Assembly (NCBI GenBank): GCA_964016885.1 | Contig: OZ024743.1 | Coordinates: forward strand, 344,720,001-344,784,000 | DNA length: 64,000 nt | From: Eledone cirrhosa | Lineage: Eukaryota | Reading direction: 5' to 3' | Shown: one piece after another, positions 41,260-56,147 of the stretch | Position numbering within the stretch: position 1 is the stretch's first letter | Layout of the letters: every line of letters starts with the position of its first letter | Program-made: the position numbers and the translations under genes | Notes under the pieces: model-generated | The model's input: only the letters and a program-made list of their open reading frames with translations | What the model was told of the DNA's origin: nothing | Databases searched by the model: none

Positions 41260-43527
41260 ATCAACATTGGAAAAATGAACAAATGCTGCCAACATTGTAG
41301 TGCCAAGAATTGGGCATCAGAAACATAAGGTCTCTGCTGCTCAAACGGAAAACTCAACCGCAAAACAAAACAAAAGCCTCCTGAATTTCTGAAGAATCTA
41401 CTCCTCCAGGATACACCAGAGGCACGGCACTTCAATAAATAGATCCCAAAATATAATTCTGCCTTTCAAATGACATCTTTTGGAGCTGAGAGGAATGCAC
41501 ACCTTATAATAAATTAACGGACAGTACTATCACCTATTGTATGGCCTTCTGTCGCTTCCACAGGAACCTCACAAATGGGTGGAAATGAAATAGAGGCACA
41601 ACGAAGAAGTATCGATGTCCATGATGGATTGAAGTTTTACATAATCAGGAAACTACAGGAAATATTTCACCAATATTACATGTACGTCAGTATATTAAAT
41701 ATGCACTGGGGCATATGGAAAACACCAGCGATCGTAAAATCACTATCAGTGTAGACAAACACTAAGCTTCAGAACACGAACGCGGGTTCAATGCACCTGT
41801 CACTGATGAGGTTGCAATCATAATTGTTTCTACTTTTGGCACAAGGCCAGCAATTACCCAGTACATTACTGGTACTTTATTTTATCGACCCCGTAAGGAT
41901 GAAAGGCAAAGTTAACCTCGGCAGGATTTGAACTCAGGCCATAAAGGGCCGTAACTCTTTGCTGCAATCATAATGGTTGATGAACAGCACGAACAAAGCG
42001 ACATTGTTTTGCAAAAACGAATATGTGAAACTCAGAGGGCCTATGACTCACTCCAATACCTGCTTATCTTCTGGAATGGTCAAGATGAATATTTTCGGAA
42101 GATCAACTCAGGAACAGGAGAAGAAACTGACCGATCAATCAGCTACAAAGAATCCTACGCTCATCCTTTCATGGTACGAGACCACTCCGACCAAGTTCTT
42201 CGATTCAAAGAAGTAACCAATCAGTTCATGGTGGATATGCATGCCAAAATTCAAACAGAAATTTTGGGTTTCCTGCGAAAGAATCAGAATAAGTTGAGGG
42301 CAGTGAACTACATCCACCTTAGTGATGCCATCAATTCTGATGGTGATCCAAGAAATACTGGCAAGCCAGTCATACTGCCATCAAGCTTCACGGGAGGACC
42401 AGGTTACATGCATGAACGAGCGCAAGATGCAATAGCCTATGCCAGAAAATTTGGTGAGCTTTGTGCCAAGATGACCACTGTTGGATGAAAGCAGAGAGGA
42501 GTTCCTCCCTCTTACGCATTGATCTGGTGCAAGGAGAATATGTTGATAAGATCGTTTCAGCGGAGTTGCCTGATAAATATGGTGATCCAGAGCTCTTTGA
42601 AACCATCAAAACAAACCTCATCTATCATCCATGTGGAGCCATCAATCCAGCCTCTCCCTGCATGCAAGATCAAACATGCAGGCAGCAAACATTATTCGAG
42701 AGCTTTTATTCAGTAAAGTTGGACTGCCAATGATAGATACCACTTTTACGGTAGGTGTAAAACATGGAAGCAATAATGCAAACCTACCAGTCCGAGCAGA
42801 GAACCTGACCATAGACAATCGATGGGTAGTTCTACACAACAAATTGTTGTGTAAACTTCTAAAAGCCCATATTAATGTTAAATATTACAGTTCTGTCAAA
42901 TAGTACTATATGTTACAAAATATATCAACAAAGGTAGTGACATAGATAACTTTGTTACTGACAAGGAATTCAATGATGGTGAGCTGGTTGAGGTCAAACG
43001 GTATCCAATACATCTCCAGCAATGAAGCTATCTGGTGGAAATATGGTCAACCTAACAATGCACCTGGAAAATGGACAGCGAGTGTGCTTCACTGAGACCA
43101 CTGCTCATTAGTTGGCACAAAAACTCTACCGGAATGATGAATTTGCTCGATCCCTCCTATATACTGAGATCCCAACATACTGCACATGGCCGAATTGCAA
43201 GATGTGGAATCGAAGGTGGCAGGGTCATTTAGTGAAAGGTCATGGATAAAGCAAGTGATGCTATTTGGCGTGTTTACGATGCCCATCTAAACAACAGCGG
43301 GTGTTTTTATTTACGGCTACTTCAGTATACCTTGAGTAGTATTCAAAACAACACCACTGGACAAAACTAATATTTTTATCTAGATGATAATGAATATCTA
43401 GTTACAAGGAATATCCTACTTTAGTTAAAATACAGCAATCATATTTCATTGGTTAAATATGTAATATATTTCAAAATATATTGTCACTTTCATAAAATAC
43501 CCGAGAGTTACCGGGTACCTTTGCTAG
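41260..43527 (+). pseudogene. Helitron RepHel relic (Rep/N-terminal part, internally deleted) with 3' terminus
   Basis: CQHCSAK...LCCSNGK zinc finger, YNSAFQMTSFGA, YDSLQYLLIF, FMVDMHAKI, ILPSSFTGGPGYM, DNRWVV, AHINV. Terminal hairpin TACCCG..CGGGTA then CTAG at 43524-43527. Confidence 0.88.
41825..41962 (-). mobile_element. MetaSINE-like copy inserted in the Helitron
   Basis: 12-bp TSD TGCAATCATAAT (41813-41824 / 41963-41974). Removing it restores DEVAIIMVDEQ. Confidence 0.88.
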
Positions 43528-44541
43528 CTAGGAAATATTTCCTTTCTTGAATTCTTTCACCAATTTGAATGGCACCCAAGTGTTTTTGTTGGAAATTTTA
43601 TACTGAATGTCTGTACATTGTTTGGTTTGCTTCTTTCAATTCCCTTTAAATTTTGTTTTAATATTAAACTTCCTCTCTTCGTTAATCCCTTTGTTGAGTT
43701 CTTAATTTCTTTATTTAATCTCACATATACAGAATCCTGTTTCTGATCCATGGTTTTAATTTATCTTTTTTTACAAAGCTTCTCTTGCTGAGTCTGTTAT
43801 CATTGAATAATAGTAGTACAAATGCCATATCAAGTTTGTCTGAAATATGCCATATCAAGTTTGTCTGAAATATTGAAAGCGCGGGCTGAGATTTCACCTT
43901 CTAAAATTTAAAAACCATGTTACTTTACAAATACTTCAGACAAACGTGACCTGACATTTGCATCTCTACCATCCAAGTAGCATGATTTTTAAATTCTCGA
44001 ATATGAAATCTCTGCTCGTGGTATAGTGTCCTTAACAGTATAGCAGGTAGTTTTCAGGAGAGTTCATTCTGGGTCTAAAAATATTGGTTGCCAGGAGATA
44101 AAGGGAGCTCACCCACATATAGAAGGGTATCACTTAACTTTTATAATGAATAACATTTTCAAAAAATACATATGTGAAAACAAAACAGTGCAATCAATTA
44201 TTTGCAGGAAAAAATGTGTATTTTAAAAACTAATTATAGTGTGTATATATTACTGGCAGTATAATGTAATACTAAATGTTAATACAAAATGTAATAATTG
44301 AAGTTTTGAATAATTGTGAATGTACAGTATACTGCAATTTAGAGTAGAATATGCAAGCGACCGTTCTTACCTTCTCCAAGAAAAAATATAAAGTACCTTG
44401 CGAAATATACACATCCAGGGACGTTCAATAATGACTTTTGGTCTTTCACATTCACTAAAAAAAAAAATAAAAAAAAATAAAATTATATATATATATATAT
44501 ATATATAAATATATATAAATATATATATATATAAATATATA

Positions 44542-44626
44542 TTGTTATACTTGGGGAGGGTCATATTTGTGTAATATTGCCAGAATTAATAACAGAATAC
44601 ACTCACTGTTTGGTTGGTTTTCGCTT
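44542..44626 (-). mobile_element. 85-bp solo terminal fragment of the PLE3 family
   Basis: Nearly identical to 28039-28125, flanked by (TA)n. Confidence 0.85.
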
Positions 44627-46480
44627 TTATAAATATATATATATATATATACATATTATATATATATATAAGTGAAGGCGTGTGGCTGGTTGGTTAGATA
44701 ACTGGATTCGCAATCCTGAGGTTGTCAGTTCGATTCCTGGACCAGGCGATGTGTTATGTCCTTGAGCAAGACACTTTATTTCATGCTGCTCCTTCTACCT
44801 GGAGTTGCGACCGCTAGATAGTATTAGCAATTGGAAAGACCAACGGAAACATTGTTTCCTCGGTCCGATTTGACGAAAGTTGATCGACAAAAGAATATAT
44901 ATATATATATAAGAAAAAGAAACAGGGGCTGTGTAGTTGCTGGATAAGGTGTACTTATATATAAGTTGTCATCAGTTGTCTGCTGGGGTTCATGGATATT
45001 TCTACGCATTAAAGACAAGATATCTATCCCCAGTGCGTCAATAACTACAGGAAGTTTTTGGGGAAAAAAAGGAAGAGAGAGAAAAAAATATATAACAAGG
45101 GAAAGGGGAAGAAAAAGGAAAAAGACAGCAATAAAAAGGAAATATATATATATATATATATGCGTGTGTGTGTGTCCATGTATGTATGCATGCTTGAATG
45201 AATACAGTGCGTTAGACAACCAGTGATTCTAATTGTTAGCACTATCCTATATTTTTGTTCCTTTTAATTTCCTAGCGAATTGTTTGAACAAATGCATTCC
45301 ATATTTGATAATTTATTTTTTAAAAACCTTCATTCTTTCTCTTAGAGATATTTTTAAAGATATTTTATGAAAGCAAAGCATTGGCCCCCTAAAATACTAT
45401 AGTGGGCTCCTGCAGCTAACGTGAGCCTCTGGGGCCCACTTTCCATTGGGCAGCTTGGCAGCCTGGCCAGTCCACCACTGCCTACATCTGCATGCAGAAC
45501 CGCGAACGTTCTGGTAATGTTATATATTGGTCCATACCAGGATGTGTTGTACTTATCACGTATTTGTACCTGGTAATTTCCATTAGATACCATCCTATTT
45601 CATTTGTGTATGAGTGAGAGAGTCATCTCGTGTTACACTATCCACCTTGAATTTCATGTCACACTGTAATATATATTCTTATTGCCTTTCTTCTCAGACA
45701 TGTCTTGAATAGCTGTATTTTTTCATCGCCATAATCTGTTATTTGCCGTGTAGATTTGTGCTCCGTTGATGTTACAGGACTTTGATTGAAGGAGGATTAT
45801 TCTGAGCCTACGTGATTCTAGTTGGAATCCAAGTTTGGTGTTCTTAATAGTTGAATTGCAGAGCCCTAGAATGTGCTTGAGTTGTTTCAGTATTCCAGTT
45901 TGGATAAGTGTTTTAATATTTAGAATGTGTTCTCTAGTAAACTATTTCATGTCAATTCACTAGTAGCCGATATATTCCATTCACCCTGATGACAGAGGGT
46001 TGGCGTGGTCATTGTTAACCAAGGCTGCAGCTGTATGGTATAGCGATATTTCTTCCCGCTACAACATCATACTTCGTATTATTGGCAGCTAAACTGGACT
46101 GAACCCATCTCTTTCCAGGCCAATTTAGACTTAATTACTTCCAGCTAGGTTGCTTGTTTTGGTTGTAAACAGGAATTCGTTGCATCCCGGAAATGTTTCT
46201 GCTTTGGTCAGTTTTGCCCAGTGTTGCCGAGTCAATATCAGACCCCTCATTTTGTTCAATCTGATAGTTGTGCTTTACCTGGGCCTGGTCCTTAGAACCC
46301 CTAAATAAGAAATTTGGAAATAGTTGACGACTAGAGATACACGCCCACACATTCAATTAAATATGGACCATTACATTTAGGGAATAAATATTTAAATACA
46401 CTATGGAACTTAGACTACATGGCTAGCGGTTTTTAGCTATTCCTCTTTACGATATGTTATTTTTGTGACTTTATTATTAA

Positions 46481-46663
46481 GATTGGCAGTATCGGTAGAG
46501 GGTCGGACGCCATGCTTTGTAGCATAGAGTTACGGCCCTTTATGATCTGAGTTCAAATCCCGCCGAGGTTAACTTTGCCTTTCATCCTTACGGGGTCGAT
46601 AAAATAAAGTACCAGTAATACACTGGGGTAATTGCTGGCCTTGTGCCAAAAGTAGAACAATTA
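46481..46663 (+). mobile_element. MetaSINE-like copy
   Basis: A-box, B-box, central domain and attatt tail. Confidence 0.85.
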
Positions 46664-46838
46664 TTTTCTGAGGTCAAAGGTTGAACTTGGTGGGACACAA
46701 ACTGAGAAGAGGAAAATTACCTGGTACATTCCACAGTATTTACTTGTATTTTTAGCTGATTCCAGATAGTTAGATACAATAAATTTGTAATATATCTATC
46801 TGAATTTATTTAAACACCATCCCTTATATATATTCCAG

Positions 46839-46918
46839 CTCCGAAAAGGAACAAGGGCGAGGTTTTAACGTGCAATATGATATTACAAATTATATTACTG
46901 GTTCTGATATACCTGTAG
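46839..46918 (+). CDS. Host gene exon 6: GPI-anchor-like C-terminus (TPKRNKGEVLTCNMILQIILLVLIYL*)
   Basis: Acceptor tattccag|, phase 1 compatible with exon 5. N-K-G small-residue site, short spacer, 13-residue hydrophobic tail, TAG at 46916-46918. Confidence 0.8.
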
Positions 46919-47079
46919 TAAGAATTATATAATATCAACAGTAATATCCGAGTCAAGTCATTACTTCACCATTGCTATTACCATCATTACTGTGACACCT
47001 GTGAACAATATTGAAGCGTATGCAGTAAATATATCTTGTCTAATTTACATTAAATTATCTTCAATACAAATGTGTTAAT

Positions 47080-47085
47080 AATAAA
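47080..47085 (+). terminator. Candidate polyadenylation signal of host gene
   Basis: AATAAA about 160 nt after the stop codon; the region is AT-rich, so this is not unique. Confidence 0.4.
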
Positions 47086-47461
47086 AATCTCTGTATCCTC
47101 TCTACAGATTAATTTTCAATCAGTACTTAGTGGTGATGATATGAATATCTCATGCGTTCATATTACATTAGGTAAATAAAAATATGCTGCCATATTTATA
47201 ACTGTGTTAATTTATAGTTTTGTTCAGATATGGAAACTTGATAAAATTGCAACAAAATTTGGTGATGTGGAAAACTGATTCATTAGAAATGAATACCGGT
47301 GGTTGAATTAGAAAATTGTTCATATATACGTAGATAGCACGTAATACTTTACATTAATTCTTTACCTAAATGCCCTTTAAATTAGGTTGCATGACACACG
47401 TTGTGTTCCAGCCTGGCATTTGTCCCTGGCTGATAAAATAAAGACTCAGAGTGTTTGGTTG

Positions 47462-48256
47462 TTTGGCTGTATCGGTAGAGGGTCGGACGCCATGCTTTGC
47501 AGCATAACGTTACGGCCTTTTATGATCTGAGTTCAAATTCCACCGAGGTTAACTTTGCCTTACATCCTTACGGGGGCGATAAAATAAAGCACCAGTAATG
47601 CACTGGGGTAATTGCTGGCCTTGTGCCAAAAGTAGAAACAATTATTACTTACAGTTACGTTCCTTCACGTTCTGAGTATAAATCCCACCTAGGTTAGCTT
47701 TACCTTTCATCCTCACGGGATCGATAAAATAAAGTAGCAGTAATGCACTGAGGTTGAATTAATCGACTTTCCCCTCCCCAAAATTGTTGACCTAAATCAG
47801 AAATCACTATTACTTAGCGTCGGATTGGCAGTATCGGTTGAGGTTCGGGCGCCATGCTTTGGTGCATAGAGTTACGGCCCTTGCCATTCTGAGTTCAAAT
47901 CCCGCTGTGGTTAACTTTGCCTTTCATCTTTACGGTGTCGATAAAATAAAGAACGATTAATGAACTGGATAATTGCTGGCCTTGTGCCAAAAGTAGAAAC
48001 AATTATAACTTAGCGTCTCAGGGTGGTGGATTGGCAGTATCGGTAGAGGGTCGGACGCTATGCTTTGCAGCATTGAGTTACGGCCGGCCCTTTATGATCT
48101 GAGTTCAAATACGGCTGAGGTTAACTTTGCTTTTCATCCTTACCGGGTCGATAAAATAAAGTACCAGTAACGCACTGGGGTCGATTTAATCGACTTTCCT
48201 TTCCCCCAAAATTGTTGGCCTTGTGCCTAAATGAGAAACCATTATTACTTAGCGTC
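47462..48256 (+). mobile_element. Tandem array of four SINE copies
   Basis: Copies at about 47462, 47650, 47822 and 48022, separated by a repeated ATTACTTAGCGTC target sequence. Confidence 0.85.
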
Positions 48257-50599
48257 TATCAGAATGTTGATGTTTCCAGTACAATTATAATTTCCTTTTG
48301 CAATGTTTGCTAAACAGCCTGTGATAGTTATAGTAAGAATATAATGTTAAAAGTATATCCCTTACGTCTATCATATTGCCAGAACTTTCACACTTTAGGA
48401 TTGTAAAATATTCTCATATGAAATACAAATATCATACAAACGTTGCTATAATATGTAACAGGGATATAACATGACACATCGAAACTGAACTCGTAAGCTT
48501 GCTTTTGGATTTCTAATCTGGAACAGATAGGAGAGATGATGCTTAATTAGATTCAGATATATATGTAACAGAAGAATCGTATCTAATCCCCAGGAATTAC
48601 CTAGAAACACGTAATGTACACCAGGTTTTATGACTACCATTTTAACACCTAAGATGAATTTCGTTTCTTACATGTTTAGAACCTAAAAGGTCATACGACG
48701 TGTTTTCAAGGCCCCATAGTTTATTTACATATATATATTTCAAATAGTAATACGAACTTCATGCATATGGATCTCTAGATAGAAGAAGTGCACTTTATGG
48801 CTGCAGAGCCGATCTTTAACAGACTTTGTGGAGATATATTACTCTTCCCCAGTCATTCCTAAATTTCCGGTATGTGGCTCTAAGAGCTATACACAGCTAG
48901 CGGGATAAATCATATACAGGGTGGTTTTAACACGGGATCACTTGGCAACTGAATTCTATTAGAAAACCATTGACAAAGGAGGAAAACATAAGCAGATGAA
49001 CTTCAATGATTTCCTGTTCACGGCTAAGGTAAGCAACCTAGCTAGAATTAATTAGCTATAATCAAGCCTTCAGATAGATAGTGTGTCTGGTTTAGATGCT
49101 CAAAATACGCCGTATGAGGATGTAACAGAAAGAAGTAAACTTATACCATATTGGTTGTGGCCCTGGTTAACAATAACTCTGCTTACCGTCTCTCACCAGA
49201 GTGGATGAGATAAACAAGCTTTACTGGCTCGAGTGGAAATAATTTGGCAGAGAATACAATCCAAATTTCACTTGAGCAAACTAAAACTAAAACAACTAGA
49301 GAGAGAATGTGAGAGGTAGGGAGATAGAAAGCGCGCGTGTGTGTGAGAGAGAGAAAGAGAGAAAGAACGTATATAGGATATGCTCCTGCCCTATCCGTCC
49401 ACTACACCCACAAACTGGAGTTACTATAGAAAACACTTGCTTTAGGTGCCACGCAATGGAAAAGAACACCACGCAAGGAGACTGCAATGCGAAATTAAAC
49501 CCCACATATATCACTCTACGAATATGATAACATATACATATATTTTTATTACTTACCATCGTATCCCTTTAGGCATTGCTTTGGCTACATTATCTTTGCG
49601 TGGTCACTTGATATGCTAGAAAATGGTGTTAAATATCCCTTCAGTAAACAGTAGGTGTTTTTGTTGTGGGGCTTCTCCGTCGGTTTCAGCGATGATTTTT
49701 CCAGTTATTTGGTCAACGAAACAGCCTGCAGCTGAAAATAACGTAGAACTAGGTGAGCATACAACAGACAATTATACCCTTAATGTAATATTGTAATTTT
49801 CAGGAGATTTAGCAAGACACCGAGTAAGACAAGACTGGCCCTATCATGAACCGAAGATCCTAACCACTAAACCACTCACCTTTATAGTTATAGGTTTCTG
49901 TAAACAACAGATGTAGGTGGCGGTATTGAAAGCATAAATTAGTTGACAGTGGAAGACATTCGGACAAATTGAGAAGACAGAGTCAGATAGATATAGTAAG
50001 AAATTTAAAGACATTGATTGTTATGAAGAAAAAAAGCGTCAAGTAGGAGAGAGATGTTGATGAACATATAGAGAAGAAACAAAAGTATATTCAGGTAGTA
50101 TTGGAGAGAAAGAAGTAGAGATGGAGACATATAGAGAAAAAGAATGACCGACAGAATAAGCCATACAAGGATGAAAGTAGCAAAATGCTCATATATATAT
50201 AGCTCTCTCGCTGTTAATAAGGCCCCTGGGCTTAAACCCAAGTTCCTTCTTTTTAACTTCGTCCTCTCTCTCCCCTAGGTTACTTACTTACATGTGCCAT
50301 TGTCCCGTGTTTTCCACATCTATCGGTGTGTTTTTTCTCTTTTTTCTTTCTTTTTTTCTTTCTTTCTTTCTTTCTCTCTCTCTCTTCGCTATCGCCTCTT
50401 TTTCGTCTTTTCTTTCCCCCATAACTTGTTGACAATAAGTTAAGGGCGCGCTACGGATAGATGTAGTGTCTAGAATGCGCTGAAACATCCGTGACCCGTA
50501 GTAGACACCTGGTGAAAGGAAAATGTCTATCTCTTATTTGTGTTCCCTTAACCTTCTAACACTCGTTATCAGTAACCACGCAGCCTCATCCCTTTTAAT

Positions 50600-50708
<109 letters not shown>

Positions 50709-50747
50709 ATAAATAAGTCAAATATTTAAAATTTAGCTTCGTTTATT

Positions 50748-50802
50748 ACTGCTATATATATTTCGGTGACAGCGATCTTTGGCTGTGACCTCTTCAGGCA
50801 GT
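50748..50802 (-). ncRNA. Type I hammerhead ribozyme
   Basis: ACTGC-CTGAAGA-GGTCACAGC/GCTGTCACC-GAAA-TATATA-TA-GCAGT; about 45 nt from a (TA)n array. Confidence 0.85.
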
Positions 50803-51365
50803 CCGAATTAGTGTGGTAGAGACGAGTACACATGTTGTTGAGGTGTTAACTTTGTCAATACTCTGATATGCCCAATCCTGGTTGGGTTGTTGTTTCTATG
50901 AGGAACTGGAGTCATATGAATTTAAACAAACGAATTTCAGCGTCAAAGAACATCCTCTCCTCCCATTGGTCAGTTGTGAGAACATTCCTCAGTCAAAAGT
51001 TTATAGAAATTATTTCTGAGGCGAGGCTATCTGTAGTGGTTGTTTTTGTTATTGTTAAGTACATCTAACCGCTACTCTTATATTGGTAGTGGTGTTGGTG
51101 CTGGGGTCAGACTTAATTCCTGCTGCTGTTGATTTTAGGAGGATCTGTGTGTGTGTATTGGCATCTATACTGCCACCATTTCTCGTGGTGGTAGTGGGAG
51201 CTGCCAAGCACATTAATGAATAGGAGGCAATAAGATGAAGAAAATAAAAAATAATAAATAAATAATAAATAATAAATGATAAAGAATGAAATGAAAAGGT
51301 AAAAAACTAAAAAATGCGAATAAAATAAAGAAAAGTAGAGTAAAATAAAATAAAATAAAATAAAA

Positions 51366-51436
<71 letters not shown>

Positions 51437-51450
51437 CATACATATATATA

Positions 51451-51556
<106 letters not shown>

Positions 51557-51698
51557 AATCTACCAAAATATACGGTAGTGTCCAATCCGTATGAAGAACT
51601 CAATGTAATCCAAATGTCATGAAAAGAGAAGATGCATTAAAAAATGTTCGATGTAAATCGTAGGAAAACAGAGTCAAGATAAATTATAATTATATATA

Positions 51699-52187
51699 TA
51701 CCGGATTGTTATGAACAACATTTGAAGGCCTTTCACTATGAATCTTTAAGTTTATAACAATAGTCACACACCTAGCCTCAGCAAAAACTGGAAGAAGAAA
51801 TCGACAATGCCATCTGTTCTCATTTATTAGCGTTTATCAGGACGACATGTCTTCCCGTTTCTGTTGAGGCTAAACTAAGCTAGAAACTTATAGAGTGCTG
51901 CTTAGATTCATGAGCTGATGAAATTCATTTGCATACGGAGCGGTAGCCAGCCAGACTGAAAATAAGAAGTTTGTATTGGTTCTCTCCTACATAGCGGTAT
52001 ACTTATAAATGTACATATGGTATATTGAATACGGGATGTTTTTGTTGAGGCTGGGTGTGTGACTATGGTCACAACCTTAAAATTCTGAGCGAATGGCCTT
52101 CAAAAGTGTTTCATAAACATCCCGTATATTATTCAATATACAATACGAACATTTATATGTATACCGTTATGTAGGAACACTAATACA
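51699..52187. mobile_element. Decayed Tc1/mariner-like MITE with overlapping inverted repeats
   Basis: 51700-51787 is inverted to 52038-52123; 51973-52040 is inverted to 52115-52187. Confidence 0.5.
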
Positions 52188-52263
52188 CACATACACACAC
52201 TCGAACACGCGCGCGCACACACACACGTACACATATGTCTGTATATATGATAAATATGTGTAT

Positions 52264-52366
52264 ATACAGGGTGTCCTAAAAATGTATACACATTTCAATA
52301 ACATTCCTATAAATATTGCCTGAATAAGTAATCAAAGTGTGTATACAATTTTGGGGTACTCCCTGT
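52264..52366. mobile_element. Mariner-type MITE
   Basis: TA-CAGGGTGTCC..TGTATACAC / GTGTATACA..TCCCTG-TA ends. Confidence 0.65.
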
Positions 52367-52387
52367 ATATATATATATATATATATA

Positions 52388-52577
52388 TAACGAAGGAAAT
52401 GTGGTAAGGAACCAGATGGACCATAACGCACCAGAGTACTCAATACTTAGAGTAGTAGAGTGGGTAATAGGAGAAAGTATGACCCCGACGGCAGCGCTCA
52501 AGCCGTTTCGACGGCTATTTCTGTTCAGAAATAGCCGTCGAAACGGCTTGAGCTCTGCCGTCGGGGTCATACTTTTT

Positions 52578-52581
<4 letters not shown>
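52388..52581 (-). mobile_element. Fold-back mini-element, copy 2
   Basis: As 7188-7381, in (TA)n. Confidence 0.78.
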
Positions 52582-52638
<57 letters not shown>

Positions 52639-52813
52639 TTCTGTGTCTGTGTCTGTGAGAGAAAGAGTGAAAAAGAGAGATAGAAAGAGAAAAGAGATGG
52701 GAAGGTAGTTAATAATATGCAGAAGTTAAAAGTGTTACGAGATAGATAGATAGATAGATAGAAAGATAGATAGATAGATAGAGAGAGAGAGATAGATAGA
52801 TAGATAGATAGAT

Positions 52814-52844
<31 letters not shown>

Positions 52845-52861
52845 GAGATAGATAGATAGAT

Positions 52862-52900
<39 letters not shown>

Positions 52901-53375
52901 GAGAGAGAGAGAGAGTGAGAGAGAGTGAAAGACACATAGAAACAGTTTCTTATCAGATCTTTGGTTGACTAGAATATATTAGATTCCATCTATCACAATT
53001 AGTTAAAACCCTGCCAGCCCTCACACCAATATCCTTCACTAACACCACCATCTCCCACCAATACCACTAGCCCCCACCATTATAAACACGAACATAACAT
53101 CGCCCACTACCACCAGAAACACCGCCACCGCTATCACCACCACAAGCGGCACCACCTCCACCACCACCACCACCAGCGGCATCACCATCACCACCACCAC
53201 CACCTCCACCACCACCAGCAGAACCACCACCACCACCACCTCCACCACCACCACCACCATCACTACAACTCGCATAGACATAAAAACAATTCGGTGATTT
53301 ATAGAATCACAAGGATACTCTGCACACACACACACACACACACACGCACAGACAGACAGACGTATGCATGTGTGC

Positions 53376-53416
<41 letters not shown>

Positions 53417-53419
<3 letters not shown>

Positions 53420-53610
53420 CGAAGGAGGTGTGGTAAGGAACCAGATGGACCATAACGCACCAGAGTACTCAATACTTAGGGTAGTAACGTGGGTAATAGG
53501 AAAACGTTTGACCCCGACGGCAGAACTCAAGCCGTTTTGACGGCTATTTCTGGACTCAGATATAGCCGTCGAAACGGCTTGAGCTCTGACGTCGGGGTCA
53601 AATATTTTCC

Positions 53611-53612
<2 letters not shown>
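53417..53612 (-). mobile_element. Fold-back mini-element, copy 3
   Basis: As 7188-7381, in (TA)n. Confidence 0.78.
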
Positions 53613-53656
<44 letters not shown>

Positions 53657-53694
53657 TTTACATGCATGTGTAAATACATACATGCATACATACC

Positions 53695-53777
<83 letters not shown>

Positions 53778-54456
53778 GAAACACACAGATACATGCGGAC
53801 ACACACATATATACATGAATGCATCCGCACCCAACTGTGAGTTAAGGGTGCATATATATATATACTACATACATTCACACACACACACACACAGATATGT
53901 ATGTATGTATATATATATATATATATATATATAACACGTATTAATAGATATCCAGTAGATATCCATGATTTATAAACGTATCGATAAACCGTTATGTATA
54001 CATAGACACGATCAAACAGCCATACTAACATGCACATAAATACCATCAATTCAAATACACACACAAAATCACACACGATCGCACACAGCTCCAAAACTAT
54101 ATTGAAATACATTGACACCCCTTATGTCTCCTTTTCATACCAGCTTAAAACTAATATAATTTTCAAGCCCGTATCTGTCACTAATGCAAATGAAATGAAA
54201 TGCAATGTATTAAACGGGCTTTCTTCCTCAAGACATAACCTCACTGGTATTGTTTCCAACAGATAGGTGGCGGATAGCTTTTAAGATAAACCCAGAGCAT
54301 GCGCCGAGGATCCAAAATGCTGCTTTTACTTCATATCTTAATTCCCCAAACACAAGATGGTTATTAAGAATAATAAATTTGAAGACGCAATGTGTTTCTC
54401 CTTATCTTTATCGTTCATTCACATATATATATATATATACATACATGCATACACAC

Positions 54457-54508
<52 letters not shown>

Positions 54509-56002
54509 GCACGCATGTATCGAGAACACACAAACACGATTATACATATAACTATACTTACATCTATAAATTTACAAATACATACGCAATCATTGAAACA
54601 TGTCTTTAATATATCACCGTACATTTTGAACCATATGCCATTTCCATTGAACGGACGATATATAGCTGCTAACATATGAGATCGAGGAAAGATATAGATC
54701 GCAAGAAGCCAACCGGGTGTGATAGAAAATATCCGTTATCTGAGATATGTTACCTCATATTGTCAGTAACTGCCAGTTACTATTACCTGGAAACTACAAT
54801 GAGGTACTGAAAATGACATTGGATAATAGATTAAGCCGAAAAATGTTCAGCATCCCTTCGTAATGCATTCTATCATTGCATAGCTTGGCGTTATTAGAAA
54901 AACAATCCCAACGCTCTTTGTAAAGATGATGATTACCGAACAAACTATTCTCTCCGAATCTAAATAGAGTTGTAATATAGAAGTTATATTTTGATAATAA
55001 AATATGCTAAGTGACGGGTGTACATAGCTCAACGGCTGTGTACAGTACAATCAGTATTGTTAGAAAAATGCCTCCGAGTATTTACTTAGGTATTCTTATA
55101 TTCTGCGTTCAATTCTCACTAAACACATAGCTTACCACACATTAAAATATCACGCATTAAAATTAAACTGAGCAACAAGGAGACCTTATGTGGTTTCTTA
55201 AATTGTTAAACATGGTAAGCAAATCTCCCAGAAAGCACAATATGAAGAGGACATATTAGATAATATAGTTTTACATACATTTACATAGATCGGATTGCCA
55301 AAGCTAGATTCTATTTGATCATGTATGTTCGATCAAATCCTACATAACTCATAATCAACACCGAGCACTATAACAAATCTGATAGGCTAGCAAGAATATA
55401 TACACATATTCTACTCAATTGCTATCTCATTAACCCATTGGTTCTTGAAAACAAATATTGAAATGCTTTTTATCCGACGCCCTAGCTATAATTATGATTC
55501 GGCAGCTCTGACATACGACGCCGCATAAAATACCTGGATGGTGTTATCCTCTTCCTCAAATCAAGTGGATTTTATCTCCTAACACAAAACTTGCAATATT
55601 ATGTCAAGAAAATTATTGCATTCTTGGCCGAGTCGTTAGTGCCAGTTTTTGTTTTGGTTGTCTGTGTTCTGAGTTCAAATTCCAACCAGGTCAACTTTAC
55701 CTTTCATCCTCTCGAAGTCGATAAATAAAAGGAAATCCATGGCCCTCGACTTGTCGAAATTGTGAAAGATACATTGTGGTATCTGTGCATCGTGTTAAAA
55801 TTCAACCTCTTGTTACCTGAGGAACGACGTCCTTCTACCAGGAATTACCACCGGCTAATAGCATCTGAGATAGAAAGAGTTCCTTTTCTTTCATTCATGC
55901 CTCACGCGGACAGCGATCTAGTGCATTTTGAAAATTGAAGCCAATTTTTTGAAACCCCCTAAACACCATTCTTCAACCGAGTTGGCAGTCTTCTCGTCAA
56001 GC

Positions 56003-56147
56003 CTGCATAGTTACGTCCCTTTACGGTCTGAGTTCAAATCCCGCGGAGGTTCACTTTGCCTTTCATCCTTACGGGGTCGATAAAATAAAGTACCAGTAAT
56101 GTTACTGGGTAATTGCTGGCCTTGTTCTAAAAAAGTAGAAACAATTA
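56003..56147 (+). mobile_element. MetaSINE-like copy
   Basis: Matches the consensus; an older decayed copy lies at about 55620-55760. Confidence 0.8.

Noticed and set aside
47462-48256. CRISPR-like repeat-spacer appearance
   Set aside because: The units are SINE copies with target duplications in a eukaryotic context, and there are no cas genes.
48900-50300. Isolated consensus donor sites (aag|gtaagc at about 49028; minus-strand gtaagt at about 49556 and 50290)
   Set aside because: I could not link them into a coherent open, phased exon chain.
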